A stretch of 64,000 nucleotides of DNA from Verrucomicrobiota bacterium. GTDB lineage: Bacteria > Verrucomicrobiota > Verrucomicrobiia > Opitutales > UBA953. Below the pieces are notes generated by a model. The model was not told the DNA's origin. It ran no database searches and saw only the letters and a program-made list of their open reading frames with translations. The position numbers and the translations under genes were made by a program. Of the stretch, positions 44,230 to 52,419 are shown one piece after another. Numbering within the stretch: position 1 is the first letter of the stretch; each line of letters begins with the position of its first letter. Where the stretch lies: positions 117 to 64,116 of the forward strand of contig JAPLTV010000030.1 of assembly GCA_026397955.1 (NCBI GenBank), read 5' to 3'.

Positions 44230-45186
44230 TTATCGGCCTTGCAGACCCTTCGCCACCGCTTCCTGCAACTGATCGAAGAGCGCGTAGCGACGGGCGTAGA
44301 GCGGGCGTTTGTTCGCCTTGATCTCCTCACGCGTGCGACGCACCTCGCGCAACGGCAGTTCGAACCAGCCTTCCTCCGCGGCCTTACCGTCGGCTTCGGC
44401 CCACATTCCGTCGTAATTGAAGGAGATCTTATTCCAAGGCACATGGATCATGTGCTTGGCGTTGCTCATCTGGATCGCATTGCCGGCTCCGAGCAGGCGA
44501 GCGAAGCCCAGGGTGCTGACGACTTCCTGGAGGGCGAAGATGGCCATGGCCTTGGCCCGGACGCCATGCATTGCCTTGGCCGAAGCCTTGATGGTGACCT
44601 CGTTGGCACCGCTACCGCCTTGGATGGCGCCCGCGTAGGCGACCCAATGGCCGTCGATTTCTTCGACCGCGAACGCGATGGAACAGAGTTCCCCGCCCAG
44701 CTGATCGCAGACGACCCGCAAGGTCCACTCTCCCTCGCGGCGGAACCGATCATCCGAGGTCAGAACGTAGCGAATCGTGCCGGATTCATCGCCTAAAGGG
44801 ACTTCGGCGAAGGTGAAGGCCTCGTTCTTCTTTCCCAGCAGGCAGTCCAGCAGGGGACCCGGGTGGGCTTGCGCGAAACGGTAGGAGTCGGTCAGCACTT
44901 TCAGCTTTTTATGGCCATCCCAACGGGTGGACATGTAGCCGAGCAGCGTCCGGTGCCAGAGCATCGGGTTGGCTTCCGCGAACGGACGGTTTTCCGGGCG
45001 AATCAGGAAGCCGACCCAGGCCGAGAAGGAACGATGGGTGGCCATCGCGGTGAAGGCGCGGCCGACACACTTGGCCAGGATCGAGTTCCAGGCACGTTCT
45101 GCATGGATCTGCTTGGTAAGCCGCCAAGCACATGCAAACGAACCGAGCGGAGAAGACGGGGACTGGAAGGGGACGATTAGGGGCAT
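44230..45186 (-). CDS. VirK/YbjX family protein (DUF535)
   Basis: Track ORF 44230..45312. ATG 45186 gives MPLIVPFQ.... RREGEWTL, AGAIQGG, AMHGVRAKAM, FNYDGMW, KANKRPLYARRYALFDQL follow the YbjX pattern as I recall it. Confidence 0.82.
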   Translation of the reverse strand: MPLIVPFQSPSSPLGSFACAWRLTKQIHAERAWNSILAKCVGRAFTAMATHRSFSAWVGFLIRPENRPFAEANPMLWHRTLLGYMSTRWDGHKKLKVLTDSYRFAQAHPGPLLDCLLGKKNEAFTFAEVPLGDESGTIRYVLTSDDRFRREGEWTLRVVCDQLGGELCSIAFAVEEIDGHWVAYAGAIQGGSGANEVTIKASAKAMHGVRAKAMAIFALQEVVSTLGFARLLGAGNAIQMSNAKHMIHVPWNKISFNYDGMWAEADGKAAEEGWFELPLREVRRTREEIKANKRPLYARRYALFDQLQEAVAKGLQGR

Positions 45187-45257
45187 GAGGACGACCGCGA
45201 TGCAAAGGAGCGTGGGTCCTTGCGCTCGCTGGGGCGATACTAGAACACTTGAACGGA

Positions 45258-46100
45258 CTACTTTGCTTCGACGTGCACGGTGACGCGCATCTCGCGGTCG
45301 CCTCCTCCCCAATAGCTACCGCTGACCGGCGTGGCGTCGCGATAATCCCGGCCGACGGCCGAAGCCACGTAAGCCTCATGAATCACTTTCTTATTTGTCG
45401 GGTCTACTCCGAGCCAGCCGTAGCCGGGAATCCAGATCTCGGCCCAGGCGTGCGAGGCATGGCTGCCGATGACGTCGCCGCGTTTGGCGTCATAGACGTA
45501 GCCACAGACGTAACGGGCCGGGATGCCGATGGAGCGACAGAGCGCGAGCAACAGGTGGGCATAGTCCTGGCAGACTCCTTGCGGCTTGGCGAAGAACTCC
45601 TCGGTATGGGTCCCGATGTGGGTCGCGCCCGGCACATATTTACAGGTACGATGGATGTAGTCCATCAGGCCGATGATAACTGAGAAGAGATCGCCGCGGT
45701 CCTGCTCGACATCCACCGCCGCCCGCCAGATTTCCGGGGTGATCCGGATGGGGCCGTCGGAGAGCAGGTAGGGCTGGAAGCTCTCGATGACTTCTTCCGA
45801 GCGTACCGCGGAGAGGGGTACGTCGGTCGGGATGGCGGAGACGGGCGTGGCGATCGTCTCGACGATGCTCGAGACATCGATGACCAGTTCGCGGTGCGTT
45901 TCCTCGATCTCGAATAGGTGGACGCTGTTGCGATAAAGATCTGGGTAGCGGCGCATGCGGACCGCCGGGAGCACGCGGACCAAATGCAGGCCGAGCTTCT
46001 GTCGCAGGTTGGTGAGGGGAGTGACGCGCAGCTCGTTGGTGTTATTGCGGACGGGAAGGGCGTAGCGGTATTCGGTCCGGTGGAGGATGCGGAGCTTCAT
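45258..46100 (-). CDS. Transglutaminase family protein (Bact_transglu_N + transglutaminase-like core)
   Basis: Track ORF of 280 aa. MKLRILHRTEYRYALPV is the characteristic N-terminus. GVCQDYAHLLLALCRSIGIPARYVCGY carries the catalytic Cys, and SHAWAEIW the His. Confidence 0.9.
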   Translation of the reverse strand: MKLRILHRTEYRYALPVRNNTNELRVTPLTNLRQKLGLHLVRVLPAVRMRRYPDLYRNSVHLFEIEETHRELVIDVSSIVETIATPVSAIPTDVPLSAVRSEEVIESFQPYLLSDGPIRITPEIWRAAVDVEQDRGDLFSVIIGLMDYIHRTCKYVPGATHIGTHTEEFFAKPQGVCQDYAHLLLALCRSIGIPARYVCGYVYDAKRGDVIGSHASHAWAEIWIPGYGWLGVDPTNKKVIHEAYVASAVGRDYRDATPVSGSYWGGGDREMRVTVHVEAK

Positions 46101-46115
46101 GGGCGCGGGCCGTCC

Positions 46116-47156
46116 TTATTGCTGCTGCTGTTGCTGCTGTTCGCGCTGCCAGTCCGAGAGCGACTCCGGGCGGGTGCCGCGGGGGAAGTGACGGTCGACC
46201 TCGCCGGGGAGCAGCACGTAGTTCTCGAAGACCGCCTGCCCGGCGGCGTTGAGCTGCACCTGGAGCTCGTCGATGTAGGCGTGCAGCCCGCGGGCCATGA
46301 CCTCGGGCGGGCCGGCGAAGCTGAGTTTCGCCAACAGGGCCCCGGTGATCTTCTCGCAGCTATTGGAATAGCGGCCGGTCGGGGTGCCCGAGATGTCATG
46401 AAGGACCTCGTCGGCACGACGGATGCAGTGCCGGACCGAGCGGGGGAACTCGTTGGAGAAGAGGAGCAGGTCGACGACGCCTTCGACGCCGATCTCGCCG
46501 CCATGGACTCGTCGGTAGCCAGCGTGTGCACTGCAGGCGCGGAGGACCGCGCCCCACTGCAGGGATTCCAAGGCCGAATCGCCGTCGGCCGTCTGCGTCT
46601 GCGAGCGGATGTCCAGGAAGCGGCTCGTCATGTCGGCGCGTTCGAGGAGCCGCCCGAGCTGCAGGAAGTTCCAGCCTTCGTCGCGGGTCAGCGTCGCGTC
46701 GGTGATGCCGTCGAAGAGCATCGAGGAGGCGATGATCTTCTCGTAGTAGGCCTGCGGGAAGCGTTCGAGCAGTTGGAGGCCTTCGGGCGAGGTTACGAAC
46801 AGATTGAGCGCGTTGATCTCGGACCACATCTCGTCGGAGATCTTGTCGCGCACCGAGCGGGCGTTCTCGCGGGCCAGCCGGATGCACGACAGGATCGAGT
46901 CCGGATTGCGCAGGTCGAGCGTGAGGAAGCGGGCGACGTCGCCCTGCTTGGGTTCAGGGTAGAGCGTGCGAAAGGCACCTTGCATGGCCGTCGCGGCGAG
47001 GACGGGCGACCAATACTCTTGGGCCGTGCCGCGGCCGAGCGATTCATCGTCGAGGAGCATCTCCTCGGAGACGCGCACAAGGCGGGCGAGGTTCTCGGCC
47101 CGCTCCATTTGGCGGGCCATCCAGTACTGGTGGTCGGCGACTCGGGAAAGCATCAT
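46116..47156 (-). CDS. Alpha-E domain-containing protein (DUF403)
   Basis: Track ORF of 346 aa. MLSRVADHQYWMARQMERAENLARL is the family N-terminal signature. Confidence 0.88.
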   Translation of the reverse strand: MMLSRVADHQYWMARQMERAENLARLVRVSEEMLLDDESLGRGTAQEYWSPVLAATAMQGAFRTLYPEPKQGDVARFLTLDLRNPDSILSCIRLARENARSVRDKISDEMWSEINALNLFVTSPEGLQLLERFPQAYYEKIIASSMLFDGITDATLTRDEGWNFLQLGRLLERADMTSRFLDIRSQTQTADGDSALESLQWGAVLRACSAHAGYRRVHGGEIGVEGVVDLLLFSNEFPRSVRHCIRRADEVLHDISGTPTGRYSNSCEKITGALLAKLSFAGPPEVMARGLHAYIDELQVQLNAAGQAVFENYVLLPGEVDRHFPRGTRPESLSDWQREQQQQQQQ

Positions 47157-47165
47157 GGCTGTAGA

Positions 47166-48605
47166 TCAGGCCGCGAGGACCCAGGTGTCTTTACTGCCGC
47201 CGCCCTGCGACGAGTTGACGACGAGGGAGCCGCGGGTGAGGGCGACTCGGGTGAGGCCGCCGGGGAGCACCTTGACCGTGTCGCCCCAGAGGACGAACGG
47301 CCGCAGGTCGACGTGGCGTCCTTCGAGGCCGCCGTCGACGAGGGTGGGGTGCTGGGAGAAGTTGACGACGGGTTGGGCGATGTAGTTGCGCGGGTGGGCG
47401 GTCACCTTCTGGCGGAACTCCTCGATCTGAGCGGCCGTCGCGGTCGGGCCAATGAGCATGCCGTAGCCGCCGCTCTCGTTGGCCGCCTTGACGACAAGGT
47501 TCGGCAGGTTCTCGAGGATATATTTCTTATCGCTGTCGCGCCAGGCGAGGTAGGTAGGGACCTGGTCGAGGATCGGCTCCTGGCAGAGGTAGTAGCGGAT
47601 CATCTCCGGCACATAGGCGTAGGTGACCTTGTCGTCCGCCACGCCCGTGCCGATGGCGTTGGCGAGGGCCACGTTGCCGCGGCGGACGGCGTCGACGAGC
47701 CCCGGGACGCCGAGGCAGGAATCCTTACGGAAGACCTGCGGGTCGAGGAAGTCGTCGTCGATGCGGCGGTAGATGACGTCGACCTGCCGGAGGCCGCGCG
47801 TGGTGCGCATGTAGACGAAGCCGTCGAGGGCGATGAGGTCGCGGCCTTCGACGATCTCGATGCTCATCTGGCGGGCCAGGAAGGAGTGCTCGAAATAGGC
47901 GCTGTTATGCACGCCCGGCGTCAGCAGCACGACGTTCGGATTGGGGTTCTCGCGCGGGGCCACGTGGCGGAGCGTCGCGAGGAGGTCGGCGGGATAGGTG
48001 TCGACCGGGCGGACGCCGCTGGCGCCGAAGAGTTGCGGGAAGACACGCTTCATCGCGGCGCGGTTCTCGAGCACGTAGGAGACGCCCGAAGGGCAGCGGC
48101 CGTTGTCCTCGAGAACGAGATAGCGTCCGTCGCGGTCGCGGATCAGGTCGGTGCCGCAGACGTGGATATAGGCATCTTTCGGGACGGAGACACCGACGAA
48201 TTCCGGGCGGTAATGCGAAGCACCGAAGACGACCTCGGGCGGGATGATGCCGTCCTTGATGATGCGCTGCTCGTGGTAGACGTCGTAGAGGAAGAGGTTC
48301 AGCGCCGTGATGCGCTGAACGAGACCGGCCTCGATGTGCTCCCACTCGTTGGCCGGGACAACGCGCGGGAACGGATCGAAAGGAAAGACGCGCTCCGTGC
48401 CTTTTTCGTCGCCGTAGACGGTGAAGGTGATGCCCTGCTTCAGGAAGAGCAGTTCGAGGCTGCGGAGTTTCTGGCTGAGTTCCTCGTTGCCTAGGCTGGA
48501 AAGCTTTTCGGCGACGTTGCGGTAGTACGGGCGGATCTTGCCCGAGGCGTCGACGAGTTCGTCGAAGAGGTTGGCCCCCTTGTAGTCGGTGAGGATCATG
48601 CTCAT
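47166..48605 (-). CDS. Circularly permuted type-2 ATP-grasp protein (DUF404/DUF407)
   Basis: Track ORF 47166..48653; ATG 48605 or 48599 preferred. [31 protein letters not shown] and [14 protein letters not shown] match this family as I recall it. Confidence 0.88.
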   Translation of the reverse strand: MSMILTDYKGANLFDELVDASGKIRPYYRNVAEKLSSLGNEELSQKLRSLELLFLKQGITFTVYGDEKGTERVFPFDPFPRVVPANEWEHIEAGLVQRITALNLFLYDVYHEQRIIKDGIIPPEVVFGASHYRPEFVGVSVPKDAYIHVCGTDLIRDRDGRYLVLEDNGRCPSGVSYVLENRAAMKRVFPQLFGASGVRPVDTYPADLLATLRHVAPRENPNPNVVLLTPGVHNSAYFEHSFLARQMSIEIVEGRDLIALDGFVYMRTTRGLRQVDVIYRRIDDDFLDPQVFRKDSCLGVPGLVDAVRRGNVALANAIGTGVADDKVTYAYVPEMIRYYLCQEPILDQVPTYLAWRDSDKKYILENLPNLVVKAANESGGYGMLIGPTATAAQIEEFRQKVTAHPRNYIAQPVVNFSQHPTLVDGGLEGRHVDLRPFVLWGDTVKVLPGGLTRVALTRGSLVVNSSQGGGSKDTWVLAA

Positions 48606-48707
48606 AAGTAAGCAAGACCCCTGCCATCCCCCCTCCAGGGCGGAGATGGTCAAAAACCTCGGGGGCTCAGGCCTAACTTAGGCAGCGGGCGCCAAAATTA
48701 GACAGGC

Positions 48708-49868
48708 TCAGAGCCCTTCGCGGCCAGGTCGGCCTTTGGGCGGCACGGCGATACCTTTGGAGCGGAAGAACTCGCTGAGCACTTCGGAGCGGGCCTCGGC
48801 CATCTTGTTCTTCTTCACGTCTTCCGGGGTCAGGAGCTTCTGGCGCTCGGTCATGATGCGACGGAGCTGCATGAGGGCGGACTGCTGGAGCTGGCGGACG
48901 CGTTCACGCGTAAGTTTAAAGAGATCTCCGACCTCCTCGAGCGTGAGCGGGCTTTCGCCGTTCAGGCCGAAGCGATGGGTCAGGATCTCGGCCTCGCGCG
49001 GGTCGAGGGCGGTAAGCATCTCCGCAATCTCCGCATTATCGGATTTTCCGCGGAGGGTTTCGAAGGGGGTGCGCTCGGTTTCGTCCTTCACCAGGTCGCC
49101 CAGCGTCGCATCGCCTTCTAAGCCGACCGGTTGGTCGAGGGAGGCGGCGCGGTTGGCGATGGACTGCATGTGCACGACCTTCGACAGTGGAATCTCCATC
49201 GCCATGGCGATCTCGTCGTTGTGCGGCTCGCGACCGATCTCGACGGTGAGGCGGGCGGTGACGCGGCGCATCTGCGCGATACGGTCGACCATGTGCACCG
49301 GGAGACGAATCGTCTTTCCGTTCGAAGCGAGCGCGCGCTTGATGGCCTGCTTGATCCACCAGGAGGCGTAGGTGCTGAGCTTGCCGCCCTTATCGGGGTC
49401 GAAGCGTTCGACGGCCTTGATCAGCCCGAAGTTGCCTTCGCTGATGAGGTCCATCAGCGACAGACCGAAGTTGTCGTAGTCCTTGGCGATGCGCACGACC
49501 AAGCGGAGGTTCGACTGGATCATCTTCAGGCGCGCGGCTTCGTCGCCCTTCAGGACGCGGCGGGCCAGTGCGGTCTCTTGTTCCAGCGTCAGCAACGGCG
49601 TCTTGCCGATCTGATCGAGGTAATAGCGGATCGGCGAACGCTCTTCCGCCGACAACTCTTCCCACGGCAGACCCGGTTCTGTGGGATCGGTGTCCAGATC
49701 AGGGGTAGGGGCAGGGGTAGGGGTAGGGATAGGCCTTGCGGGGGCAGGCTTGGGCGCCATGCGCGCGATCGCCTTGGCAGGCAAAGGCAGTTTCTTGGGT
49801 TCCTTCGACGGCTTACCCATAGGCGTCGCCTTTTTCTTGGCGCTCTTCTGGGGCTTCGACTTAGACAC
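48708..49868 (-). CDS. rpoD: RNA polymerase sigma-70 family factor, RpoD-like (regions 1.2-4) with basic, Pro/Thr-rich N-terminus
   Basis: Track ORF of 386 aa. YLDQIGKTPLLT, NLRLVVRIAKDY, LISEGNFGLIKAVERFD, YASWWIKQAI, LTLEEVGDLFKLTRERVRQ. Confidence 0.85.
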   Translation of the reverse strand: MSKSKPQKSAKKKATPMGKPSKEPKKLPLPAKAIARMAPKPAPARPIPTPTPAPTPDLDTDPTEPGLPWEELSAEERSPIRYYLDQIGKTPLLTLEQETALARRVLKGDEAARLKMIQSNLRLVVRIAKDYDNFGLSLMDLISEGNFGLIKAVERFDPDKGGKLSTYASWWIKQAIKRALASNGKTIRLPVHMVDRIAQMRRVTARLTVEIGREPHNDEIAMAMEIPLSKVVHMQSIANRAASLDQPVGLEGDATLGDLVKDETERTPFETLRGKSDNAEIAEMLTALDPREAEILTHRFGLNGESPLTLEEVGDLFKLTRERVRQLQQSALMQLRRIMTERQKLLTPEDVKKNKMAEARSEVLSEFFRSKGIAVPPKGRPGREGL

Positions 49869-49877
49869 GGGCTTGAG

Positions 49878-51374
49878 TCAGGAACGTAGGCCAGCGGCAA
49901 GGCCGAGGGCGCGGAGGACGCTCTTGGACTTATTGATGGTCTCTTCGTATTCGGAAGTCGGGACGGAATCGGCGACCACGCCGGCGCCGGCCTGGATGCT
50001 GGCGACGCCGTCGCGGAGCGAGGCGGTACGGATGACGATGCACGAGTCGTGCCCGCCATCGAAGCCGAAGTAACCGACCGCGCCGCCGTAGACGCCGCGG
50101 CGTTCGCCTTCGAGTTCGGAGATGACCTGCATGGCACGCACCTTGGGCGCGCCGGAAAGGGTGCCCGCGGGGAAGGTCGCGCGGAAGAGGTCGAAGGCGT
50201 CCTTCTCGGGCGAGAGCTGGCCTTCGACCTGCGAGACGATGTGCATCACGTGCGAGTAGCGTTCGACGATCGCGTAGTCGGGGACCTTGACGGAACCGGG
50301 GAGGCAGACGCGGCCAAGATCGTTGCGGGCGAGGTCGACCAGCATCAGGTGCTCGGAGCGTTCCTTCGGGTCGGCGAGCAGCTCGGTCTCAAGCTGGCGG
50401 TCGGCGGCTTCGTCGGCGCCGCGCGGGCGCGTGCCGGCGATCGGGCGGATCTCGCAGAGACGGCCCGTGAGGCGCACGTTCACTTCCGGGGAGGCGCCCA
50501 CGACGTCGAAGCCTCGGCCGGTCTCCATCACGAACATATAGGGTGAAGGGTTCACGTGGCGCAGCACGCGGTAGAGGTCGAGCGGGTCGCCCTTGTAGGC
50601 GACGTCGGTACGACGGGAGAGTACGACCTGCACGCAATCGCCGGCGCGGATGTATTCCTGCGTCTTCAGGATAGCGGCTTCGAAGTCGGCCTGGTTCACG
50701 TTGGCCTTGCCGGTCGCGAACTCGGCGACGGCGGGGAGCTCGGCGGCCACGGCGGCACGGGGGCCGGTGATGACGGCGCGGAGGGATTCGAGTTCCTGCT
50801 TCGCGGCCTCCCAGGCGGCATCAGCGTCGGCCGGCGATTTCACGCGGGCGTTGACGATGAGGCGGAGGGTCTGGCGGGCGTTGTCAAAGGCGACGACGCG
50901 GTCGACCAGCATGAAGTGGAGCAGGGGGGTGCCAGCCGGGTCCTTGGCAGGCTTCGGGACGGTGGGCTCGATGCGGTGGACGTATTCGTAGCTGACCATG
51001 CCGACCATGCCGCCGACGAACGGAGGGAGGCCGGGGACCTTGGCGACGCGCAGGCCGGAGAGTTCCTTCTTTACCAGCGTCAGCGGGTCAGCCGGCGTGG
51101 GGATGGTCTCCTTGGAGCCGTCGCGGCGGGTGATCTCCGTGCGGTCTTCCCAGGCGGTGAGGGTCATCGCCGGGGAGGCGCCGCAGAAGCTGTAGCGTCC
51201 GAGCTTATCGCCGCCCGTGACGGATTCGAAAAGGAAGGGTGAGCCTAGGGCGCGGAGGCGGGCGTAGACCGACACCGGTGTCTCCAGGTCGGCCATCATA
51301 TCGAGGCACACCGGGATGAGGTCGGACTTCTGGGCCAACTGGCGGAAGGTAGCTTGGTCAGGTACAAGGCTCAC
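49878..51374 (-). CDS. trpE: Anthranilate synthase component I
   Basis: Track ORF of 498 aa. LLFESV, IAGTRPRG, LVDLARNDLGRV, GTLSGAPKVRAMQ, RGVYGGAVGYF. Confidence 0.93.
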   Translation of the reverse strand: MSLVPDQATFRQLAQKSDLIPVCLDMMADLETPVSVYARLRALGSPFLFESVTGGDKLGRYSFCGASPAMTLTAWEDRTEITRRDGSKETIPTPADPLTLVKKELSGLRVAKVPGLPPFVGGMVGMVSYEYVHRIEPTVPKPAKDPAGTPLLHFMLVDRVVAFDNARQTLRLIVNARVKSPADADAAWEAAKQELESLRAVITGPRAAVAAELPAVAEFATGKANVNQADFEAAILKTQEYIRAGDCVQVVLSRRTDVAYKGDPLDLYRVLRHVNPSPYMFVMETGRGFDVVGASPEVNVRLTGRLCEIRPIAGTRPRGADEAADRQLETELLADPKERSEHLMLVDLARNDLGRVCLPGSVKVPDYAIVERYSHVMHIVSQVEGQLSPEKDAFDLFRATFPAGTLSGAPKVRAMQVISELEGERRGVYGGAVGYFGFDGGHDSCIVIRTASLRDGVASIQAGAGVVADSVPTSEYEETINKSKSVLRALGLAAGLRS

Positions 51375-51454
51375 GTCGCCATTTAGAAGGCATCGGCCCT
51401 CGGTTGGAAACCATTTAAACCGCCTTAGAGCCTAATGCGGCCCAATGCCAGGGC

Positions 51455-52390
51455 TTATGCCTTGCCCGGCGCCGTCCAGCGACCCCACAGCGAGAGCGGT
51501 AGCAGGCGGCCGGTGTCTTCCTGTTTCAGGGCCAGTTCGCCGATATCAATCTTACCACCAAGGCCGCGGGTGTTCTCCTCGAGCAGGTTATGGCAGAGGA
51601 TGGACGAGGCATCGATGGTGTAGACCGTGAGCAGGATGAACTGGGCCTGCGGCGAGAGGAGTTCGCGGCAAGCGCGCAGCAAGGGTGCCAAGTCGCGTTC
51701 GACCTTCCAGAACTCGCCAGTGGGGCCGCGGCCGAAGGCGGGTGGATCGAGCATGATGGCTTCGTATTTATTACCGCGCTTCACCTCGCGCTTCACGAAC
51801 GTCATCGCGTCCTCGATGATCCAGCGGATTGGCTCCTCGGCCATGCCGGAGAGCTCCTGGTTGCGACGGCCCCAGGCCACGGCGGGCTTGGAGGCGTCGA
51901 CATGGGTCACGTGCCAGCCGGCTTGGGCGGCACCGAGTGAGGCGGCGCCGGTGTAGCCGAAGAGATTGAGCAGGCGGGGGCGGGGTTCGAGCTTCTGGGG
52001 GCGTGCGGCGACCCATTTCCAGTGCGGCGACTGTTCGGCGAAAACGCCGAACTGCTTGGAATTATCCATGAACCTCAGCTGGAAGCGGAGCTTGCCGAGC
52101 TTGGTCTCCCATTCCTTGGGGCAGTTGCCCTTGAGCTTCCAGCGGCCTTCGCGGCCACCTTCTTCGTGCTCGGCGGCGGCGCGGGCCCATTCGGCGGCGG
52201 GCAGGGATTTGCTCCACCAGGCCTTGGGCTCGCTGCGGATCATGCGGACGCCGCCGATCTCCTCGAGTTTGAACCCGTCGCCGGAATCGAGGAGGCGATG
52301 TCCCTCCCAGTCGCTGACTAGTACGCTGATTTCCACGCGGGCATCGTGGGGAACCCTCGGCCGGGAGGGAAGCCCGCTTTTGCTCGCCAA
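51455..52390 (-). CDS. Class I SAM-dependent (RNA) methyltransferase, RlmI/RlmK-like
   Basis: Track ORF of 311 aa. Motif I LLNLFGYTGAASL. Motif IV IMLDPPAFG. Confidence 0.78.
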   Translation of the reverse strand: MASKSGLPSRPRVPHDARVEISVLVSDWEGHRLLDSGDGFKLEEIGGVRMIRSEPKAWWSKSLPAAEWARAAAEHEEGGREGRWKLKGNCPKEWETKLGKLRFQLRFMDNSKQFGVFAEQSPHWKWVAARPQKLEPRPRLLNLFGYTGAASLGAAQAGWHVTHVDASKPAVAWGRRNQELSGMAEEPIRWIIEDAMTFVKREVKRGNKYEAIMLDPPAFGRGPTGEFWKVERDLAPLLRACRELLSPQAQFILLTVYTIDASSILCHNLLEENTRGLGGKIDIGELALKQEDTGRLLPLSLWGRWTAPGKA

Positions 52391-52419
52391 AACATTTTCC
52401 GCCCTTCCTCTTGGCGTTG

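Noticed and set aside
49702-49728. GGGGTAGGGGCAGGGGTAGGGG inside the sigma-factor gene as an insertion of a GTAGGG repeat unit into coding sequence.
   Set aside because: It has no adjacent palindrome. It is in frame and encodes a plausible Pro/Thr/Ala linker (PIPTPTPAPTP). The resemblance to the repeat head is probably compositional.
51375-51454. Trp leader peptide or attenuator upstream of trpE.
   Set aside because: The region is only 80 nt. It has no short ORF with tandem Trp codons and no alternative hairpins.
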